Shown here: positions 58,615 through 64,000 of the stretch, piece after piece
Position numbering within the stretch: the stretch's first letter is position 1
Layout: every line of letters starts with the position of its first letter
NCBI GenBank assembly: GCA_964451705.1
Contig: CAYVIV010000001.1
Span: 62,807-126,806, forward strand
Source of the DNA: an uncultured Candidatus Peribacteria bacterium
GTDB lineage: Bacteria > Patescibacteriota > Gracilibacteria > UBA1369 > GCA-2718715
Length of the DNA: 64,000 nucleotides
Direction of reading: 5' to 3'
Made by a program: the position numbers and the translations under genes
Notes under the pieces: generated by a model
The model's database searches: none
What the model was told of the DNA's origin: nothing
What the model saw: the letters and a program-made list of their open reading frames with translations, nothing else

Positions 58615-59739
58615 TTAGAGAAAGAGCACTTCGTACATTAGGTCTACAGCAGTCGATCTTTGGATGTGTCGCATAGGTTCTATGTAGGTTCCTCGTTGTC
58701 TCCAAAAGTCAACGATTCGACTATACCAAGGACCAGATGCAGCATCTGAAACATTTGCTCCACGGATATTTGCTATAACTTTGGCAAATTCTGCCTCGGA
58801 TACTATATCAAATGGCCTCAGGCTGGAGTCGCTGTACCCTTTCATAATACCTTTTTCTATGAGTCTGGCAGCAGCTTGAGTCCACCAGGTGTTTTCTTTT
58901 AGGTAAATTTGGCTAATGTCTAGATCCTTAAATTGTTCTAGCAAGCTCAAGTTGGCCTGTGTACGCAGGTACTGGCTTTGGTTTAGCATACGGTCTGCTA
59001 AGACAAAGAATTCAGCACGCTTTAAGGTATGATCTAAGTTAGCTTTTGGCAGCCTAAATTGTTCTGGAATACGTGTGTTTTGATTTTTCTGACCTGTGAA
59101 AATTCCCATTTCTCTAAGAACTGTGATTTTCCCACATCTTAGGTTGGTTTTTCTAACATCGTAAAAATAATCTTGGCAGCGTAAGTTACCAGTATCTAGT
59201 GTCCGGTTGTTTGGTACCATGGTGTATCTACTGCGGCCTGGTCTTTGGAAATTATCAAAGTCCGAAAAGTCGTAGCTATTATACCTGTCTGTTCTTTGGG
59301 CTTTTATATTAATTTTGGACTGTGTTTTAAAACGGACACCTGTTTCCCAAATATAAATTTTTTCTGAACCTGCATTTTTTAGGTATATGCTTGGGCAAGA
59401 AACTAGGTTTAATTGGTCTTGGTAACAAAAGTCTGATTTTTCGTTATCTATCTCCATGCGTGTATTATCCATTATCTGAAAACCTAGGGGTAACCTATAG
59501 TAGCAGTTAGTAGATTGGTATTCATCACGGTTGTCGCAATCGACCTTAATATGTTTTACATATTCAGTCGCTCTAATTAATGGTCGTTCGACCATTTGCA
59601 TATTACCGTAGTAATTTGGGCTCAGCGCCCCTTTAAATAAATTGGGATTAAGGGTATCTATACTCTTAACACCAAAAACCACAAGTAAGAATGCCACAAA
59701 GCCTCCTAATATACGGTTTTCAAATTTCCTATTCGACAT
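58615..59739 (-). CDS. N-terminally anchored SLH-domain envelope protein (374 aa)
   Basis: It has an N-terminal anchor (ILGGFVAFLLVVFGV) followed by LFKGAL. The C-terminal SLH signatures are CGKITVLREMGIFTGQ and TWWTQAAARLIEKGIMKGYSDSSLRPFDIVSEAEFAKVI. Confidence 0.7.
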   Translation of the reverse strand: MSNRKFENRILGGFVAFLLVVFGVKSIDTLNPNLFKGALSPNYYGNMQMVERPLIRATEYVKHIKVDCDNRDEYQSTNCYYRLPLGFQIMDNTRMEIDNEKSDFCYQDQLNLVSCPSIYLKNAGSEKIYIWETGVRFKTQSKINIKAQRTDRYNSYDFSDFDNFQRPGRSRYTMVPNNRTLDTGNLRCQDYFYDVRKTNLRCGKITVLREMGIFTGQKNQNTRIPEQFRLPKANLDHTLKRAEFFVLADRMLNQSQYLRTQANLSLLEQFKDLDISQIYLKENTWWTQAAARLIEKGIMKGYSDSSLRPFDIVSEAEFAKVIANIRGANVSDAASGPWYSRIVDFWRQRGTYIEPMRHIQRSTAVDLMYEVLFL

Positions 59740-59773
59740 AGATTCAGTGTTAAATCTTTTAATTTTAACACAT

Positions 59774-60874
59774 TTATCTATTTTTTACAAGCATCTTATA
59801 TAATTGTTGCCCACAAAGTCGCAAATTATACTTGTATGGATTTTTGGGTTTAATGAGATCGTTTGGAATCTTATAGTCCTTAAGCTCTTGAATGTAGTTG
59901 AGTCCAATCTTATGAAAGAGTTGTTTGTAAGGCTGTATTTTTAGACAAATAACAGGAGTTTTGTGGACTAGAGCCTCGTAAATTGGTAGCCCAAAGCCCT
60001 CGAATTTAGATGTATACAAGAGTGCTTTGGATTCTTGTATTAATTTGAATTTTTCCTGGTCACTAATATTAGATAAAAACTCTATATTTGTGAGTTGAAG
60101 TTTCTTGGCTGATTTAAAGCAACTTTGCCCAGAACCAATGATTTTAAACTTATGATCCAAATTTGCCTGCGCAATTTTGTAGATTAACTCTAAGTTCTTA
60201 CGCTTTTGCAGTGTTTGTATGCAAAGGATCTGCCTAGTTTTGTTTTTGATTTTATAGTCCGGATGAATCGCCTCTGGCTTGTTTATGCTTGGATACACAA
60301 TTTTAATGGCTTTCTTACCATAATTTTTAACTAAAATCCTCCTACTATAGTCTGAGTTGCTTAGCACAAGTCTGGCTTTTTTATATATGTTTTTTGGTCT
60401 TATAAGCCAAAAGTATAGTCTTGCCCGTGCCGACAGGCTGTTTTTACAGTATTTAAAGGCTAAGTCATGAAAATATATAAAACTTTGACTAATTTTACTC
60501 AGAGCAAAGGGGCGAATATCTAGGCACAAGTATGAAATTTTTTGCTGGTTACGCCTTTTCGACTTAAAATTCAACTTTTTATAGGCTAATTTGTCAATTT
60601 TAGGCCAGTTAAAGAATGCCAAGCTTAAATTCAGCAGTATATTTGGGACTTTTAGGTGTTTGTGTCTAATGTTGCTTTTTTTTAGATAGCTTGCGAGTTT
60701 GTCCAAATGAATTTTGGGTTTTTTGAAACCACTACTAAAAAAGACGATTTCTTGGTCGGATTTTAATTTTTTAACAATCTCATCTATAAACAATCTATTC
60801 ACTGTCTGAACGCCTCCATATTTGTAGCTTTGGAGTGGTCGAAGATCAATTATAAATTTCTTTATGCGCGACAT
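59774..60874 (-). CDS. Glycosyltransferase, GT-B fold (GT4-like)
   Basis: 366 aa. The C-terminal SKFEGFGLPIYEALVHKTPVI is an EX7E-type motif. Confidence 0.7.
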   Translation of the reverse strand: MSRIKKFIIDLRPLQSYKYGGVQTVNRLFIDEIVKKLKSDQEIVFFSSGFKKPKIHLDKLASYLKKSNIRHKHLKVPNILLNLSLAFFNWPKIDKLAYKKLNFKSKRRNQQKISYLCLDIRPFALSKISQSFIYFHDLAFKYCKNSLSARARLYFWLIRPKNIYKKARLVLSNSDYSRRILVKNYGKKAIKIVYPSINKPEAIHPDYKIKNKTRQILCIQTLQKRKNLELIYKIAQANLDHKFKIIGSGQSCFKSAKKLQLTNIEFLSNISDQEKFKLIQESKALLYTSKFEGFGLPIYEALVHKTPVICLKIQPYKQLFHKIGLNYIQELKDYKIPNDLIKPKNPYKYNLRLCGQQLYKMLVKNR

Positions 60875-61970
60875 AGGCAGTATTTACTATTTTTTTAAAT
60901 TTTTCGATAAATTTTTGGCTTTCAAACTCTTTAGCATGATTTTTAATGTATTGTCTGTCAAAGTCAATCCTATCTAGTTTTTCGATTGCCTGATTGAGGC
61001 AGTTTACAGTTTGTTCATCAAAGAGAATCCCTGTTTTGCCATCTATGAGACTATCACGAATCCCCCCTTTATTATAGGCTATTACTGGGACTCCATAGCT
61101 TTGGGCCTCGGCTTGGACTATGCCAAAATCCTCAATTTGTGGGAAAATAAAGGCCTTGGCGTGAGCAAAATAGTTTTCAAGAGTTTTTCTACTCACAAAC
61201 CCAAGCAACTTTGTATTGGGACTGGTGTTGAGTTGTTTGAGTACTGGTAGCATTTCGCCTGTGCCAATTATGACTAGATTTTTTTGAGTTTTATTAAAGG
61301 CTTTAACAATCAATTCAAAATGTTTGTGGGATTTCAATCTACCCACAGCTAGGTAGTAACTACTTTTCTCTGGATTTTTATCGTTGCTAAATTGAGCTTT
61401 TGGGATCCCTGGATTCAAAACTACTGATTTGGCACCATAGAATTTTTGGATGCGTTTTTGAATATAGCTAGAATTAGCGATAAACTTATCAACCCTTTGG
61501 GCTGCTAAATAATCCCAGATCCTTATTTTGTGTAATGGGAATTTGGTAAATAGCTTGAGTACTTTGGGGAATTTATACTTATTAATAAAATCAATATAAT
61601 TGCCCCAAACATAACGCATAGGAGTGTGACAATAGCAAATATGCAGAGTTTCGACCTTGGTTATGACACCTTTACTACAAGCAAAACTTGAAGAAATTAC
61701 AATGTCGTATGCAGATAAATCAAAGTTTTCAAAAGCATACGGCATGAGACTCAAATACAACTGATGTTTGGTCTTAGCAAACGGCAAGTGCTGAATAAAG
61801 CTAGTTTTAGGTTTGTATTTAGCAAATTGCGGCATAGCTTTTGCGTTGTAGATGCTTGTATATAAATCTGCATTTGGAAAGGCAGTTAATATATCTGCAA
61901 CAACTTTCTCAGCTCCACCTTGATTTGTTAGCCAATCTGCCACTACGGCTATTTTTAGATTCTTCTGCAT
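60846..61970 (-). CDS. Glycosyltransferase family 4
   Basis: 374 aa. It has an N-terminal GGAEKV and EDFGIVQAEAQSYGVPVIAYNKGG (EX7E motif). Confidence 0.85.
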   Translation of the reverse strand: MQKNLKIAVVADWLTNQGGAEKVVADILTAFPNADLYTSIYNAKAMPQFAKYKPKTSFIQHLPFAKTKHQLYLSLMPYAFENFDLSAYDIVISSSFACSKGVITKVETLHICYCHTPMRYVWGNYIDFINKYKFPKVLKLFTKFPLHKIRIWDYLAAQRVDKFIANSSYIQKRIQKFYGAKSVVLNPGIPKAQFSNDKNPEKSSYYLAVGRLKSHKHFELIVKAFNKTQKNLVIIGTGEMLPVLKQLNTSPNTKLLGFVSRKTLENYFAHAKAFIFPQIEDFGIVQAEAQSYGVPVIAYNKGGIRDSLIDGKTGILFDEQTVNCLNQAIEKLDRIDFDRQYIKNHAKEFESQKFIEKFKKIVNTAYVAHKEIYN

Positions 61971-62045
61971 ATTCTAAAATTAACTACGCGAATACTAGCT
62001 TATAATTTAAAATTATGCTATAATTTTTAGATTAATATAGTTTTT

Positions 62046-63008
62046 ATGGAATTTTTATATTTTGCAGTTGGACTCTTCTTATTGTTCTATGGTTCTAGCT
62101 ACATTATAGACTCTTCTTTGGCAGTTGCACATAAGTATTCTTTAAACTCTGTAATTGTTGGTTTAACTTTGGTGGCGCTCGGAACATCTGCTCCAGAATT
62201 AGCAATTAATATCTCCAGTAACTTAAAGGGGGTTTACGACGTTGCCTTTTCCGATGTAATTGGTTCGTCTATTTTTAATAACTTGTTAGTACTAGGTTCA
62301 GTCTTGTGTTTTCGTCCGATTGTTGTAAACCCTAGGCTTCTTGCTCGAGAGATACCTTTTGGACTAGTATCTGGACTTATGTTATTTATCTTAGCCAACG
62401 ATAGTTTGTTTAACTCCGTTAGCACAAATGTATTAAGTACCGGAGATGGTATGATTTTTTTACTTGTGTTTGCAGTTTTTCTCTGGATTCTAGCAACCTA
62501 TAAAGAAGGTTTCTTTGAGACTCAGTACACCACCCCTAAATTTGGCCTTGTTAAAGCCACAGTTTTATTTGTAGCTGGTGTTGCTTTGCTAGGTGCCGGT
62601 GCCCATATGTTAATTGACTCTGTAATAGCACTTTCCGATAAACTTGGTGTTAGTCATAAGTTTTTGGGTGTATCTATGGTGGCTTTTTCTACCTCGGCAC
62701 CAGAACTTATGACAGCATACTTGGCTGTTAAAAGAGATGAAGTCGCTTTAGTTTTTGGTAACATTATAGGCTCGAACATTTTTAATGTCCTGTTTATCCT
62801 TGGTGTTTCGACTATGTTTGGAGGCATGGTTTTTAATGCTCCAGCCCTGAATCTAGACTTGATATTTTTGATTCTTATTAAGCTCTTACTGCTTGTATCG
62901 ATAATCTTTGCCGCTAAAAAATTCCACCTATCTAAGAAAACAGGCTTCTTGTTTTTAGCCTTGTTTGTATCGTACTTAGCTTACTTAGGTTATACCCTTG
63001 GTATCTAA
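62046..63008 (+). CDS. Ca2+/Na+ (CaCA, YrbG-type) antiporter
   Basis: 320 aa with ~10 TM helices. The two alpha-repeats are GTSAPELAINISS and STSAPELMTAYLA. Confidence 0.85.
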   Translation: MEFLYFAVGLFLLFYGSSYIIDSSLAVAHKYSLNSVIVGLTLVALGTSAPELAINISSNLKGVYDVAFSDVIGSSIFNNLLVLGSVLCFRPIVVNPRLLAREIPFGLVSGLMLFILANDSLFNSVSTNVLSTGDGMIFLLVFAVFLWILATYKEGFFETQYTTPKFGLVKATVLFVAGVALLGAGAHMLIDSVIALSDKLGVSHKFLGVSMVAFSTSAPELMTAYLAVKRDEVALVFGNIIGSNIFNVLFILGVSTMFGGMVFNAPALNLDLIFLILIKLLLLVSIIFAAKKFHLSKKTGFLFLALFVSYLAYLGYTLGI

Positions 63009-63040
63009 GCTTAACTGTAGCTTAGCTGTAGCTTAACTGT
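63008..63040. repeat. Three tandem copies of an 11-mer (AGCTTAACTGT / AGCTTAGCTGT / AGCTTAACTGT)
   Basis: Read directly in the convergent spacer between the antiporter and the PrsW-like gene. The first copy overlaps the TAA stop. Confidence 0.6.
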
Positions 63041-63057
63041 GTGTTGGTTGACCTGCT

Positions 63058-64000
63058 TTAGTTTTCTTCTTGTAAAGCGTCGAAGGCTTTGGACTTAAAG
63101 ATTTTAACTACGTTGTTATCGGGGTCGCGGCGTTCTAGGCGTTCGCAAATTTCGTAGACCTGTTTGTATTTTTTTTGTTTAAACCAGACGCCAATTAGTT
63201 CTAAAACTACGTCTTCATCTTTGCTGTCCATGGTTGATTTATACTTGTCTGCGAGAATAAAGGTTAAGTTACCTGTTTTTTGACCTAACAAATGTCTTAG
63301 GAATAAGAACATGAGAATTACCTGGAATATAACAATCAGAATATTAATGTTATTAGGCAGGCTAATTGAGAGCATAGTATTAAAGAAGGCATGCAAACCG
63401 AGCGAAAGTGCCAAACCAATCCCTATATATTTACGTCTATGCGAAGCATAATCCAAGATAGAAACCTTTTGACCTTGCCACTTTTTAAAGTCTACAAAGT
63501 CTTTTGAGAACTTGGAGACTCCGTAATAATAGGCAAAAATTCCAGAAAAGATCAGGTGGGCACAAACTGTAAATACAGATCTAAATATAAATGGAGCAAT
63601 TAAACCCTCTGTTCCCATGCTATTGAGAATCCGGACAAAATAAATAATATTCTCACTAAAGGCAAATCCTAATGCCGATAGAATACCCATTTTCAGGGCA
63701 TCGTTAATTGTTGTAATAATCTCTGGATGTCTTTTATCGAGGATTTTGACTATATAAAACTTTACTATTTCTTCTGTGATTCCGACAAAGGCATACAGCA
63801 AGACAATCCAGTAGTTACCTGTAATAATGCCTTTAATTTTAGCCACAAAATCTAAGTCTGGATTATCGCCAATTAGCGACAAATAAACGTACTGATAAGC
63901 TAGAATTGGTAAGACGGTGAGGGTTCCCCCTAAAAAGACCCAAATATAGGTTTTAAAGTTTTTATCACGTCTTTTCAGGAAGATGGCACTCCAAATTATG
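63058..64000 (-). CDS. PrsW-family intramembrane protease-like protein (5' end beyond the window)
   Basis: The track ORF starts at a TTG at 63882, but the frame stays open to position 64000 (…IIWSAIFLKRRDKNFKTYIWVFLGGTLTVLPILAYQYVY-LSLIGDN…). It has multi-TM helices with GITEEIVKF (EExxK), CAHLIFSGIFAYYYG and LHAFFN motifs. A soluble helical tail follows. Confidence 0.65.
   Translation of the reverse strand, partial: IIWSAIFLKRRDKNFKTYIWVFLGGTLTVLPILAYQYVYLSLIGDNPDLDFVAKIKGIITGNYWIVLLYAFVGITEEIVKFYIVKILDKRHPEIITTINDALKMGILSALGFAFSENIIYFVRILNSMGTEGLIAPFIFRSVFTVCAHLIFSGIFAYYYGVSKFSKDFVDFKKWQGQKVSILDYASHRRKYIGIGLALSLGLHAFFNTMLSISLPNNINILIVIFQVILMFLFLRHLLGQKTGNLTFILADKYKSTMDSKDEDVVLELIGVWFKQKKYKQVYEICERLERRDPDNNVVKIFKSKAFDALQEEN

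Noticed and set aside
52901-59640. The xFKGxL motif as a type IV prepilin (class III) signal cleaved by the PilD in this window
   Set aside because: In prepilins the G|F cleavage site precedes the hydrophobic helix and is followed by Glu at +5. Here the hydrophobic helix comes before the motif and there is no +5 Glu.
63008-63040. A CRISPR-like array
   Set aside because: It is only three contiguous 11-nt units without spacers. No cas genes occur in the window.

Overview
This is an AT-rich, very gene-dense bacterial chromosome segment. It reads cleanly with the standard genetic code: the ORFs are long and uninterrupted, with no sign of UGA recoding. I found no rRNA, CRISPR array, integrase or transposase. 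Most of the window is housekeeping: secD, gpmI, ruvC, pyk, glmS, obg, pth, rplU, rluD, tyrS, recG, gatB, lepB, fmt, ribE/ribH, uvrC, der and one tRNA-Leu(CAA). Envelope genes are interspersed: a PilD prepilin peptidase, a VirB2/TrbC-like pilin, two O-antigen-ligase-like proteins, a TagA-like transferase and GT4 glycosyltransferases. Trimmed enzymes, overlapping gene ends and giant surface proteins suggest a reduced-genome lineage such as Patescibacteria/CPR. That assignment is inference only. The main things worth a second look are these. (1) An orphan minus-strand operon at 18805-24166 encodes a 578-aa protein, a 1136-aa protein with an internal glycine-zipper hydrophobic core, and a 61-aa two-TM peptide. 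None belongs to a family I recognise, and the operon sits next to an unusually long 484-bp non-coding gap. (2) A divergent Elp3 plus Trm9-like gene pair implies a eukaryote/archaea-style (m)cm5U34 tRNA wobble pathway in a bacterium. (3) A TyrRS is fused to an N-terminal B3/B4 (PheRS-editing-like) domain, and both of its class I signature motifs are altered. (4) A roughly 15-kb same-strand surface-layer locus at 46400-61970 carries two colinear giant paralogs (1257 and 1728 aa) and two smaller SLH-type proteins. Three of these proteins share a motif after the N-terminal anchor, two have Tyr-rich tails, and an almost pure G+C hairpin lies between two of the genes. All functional calls come from reading motifs in the supplied translations. 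No database search was run.
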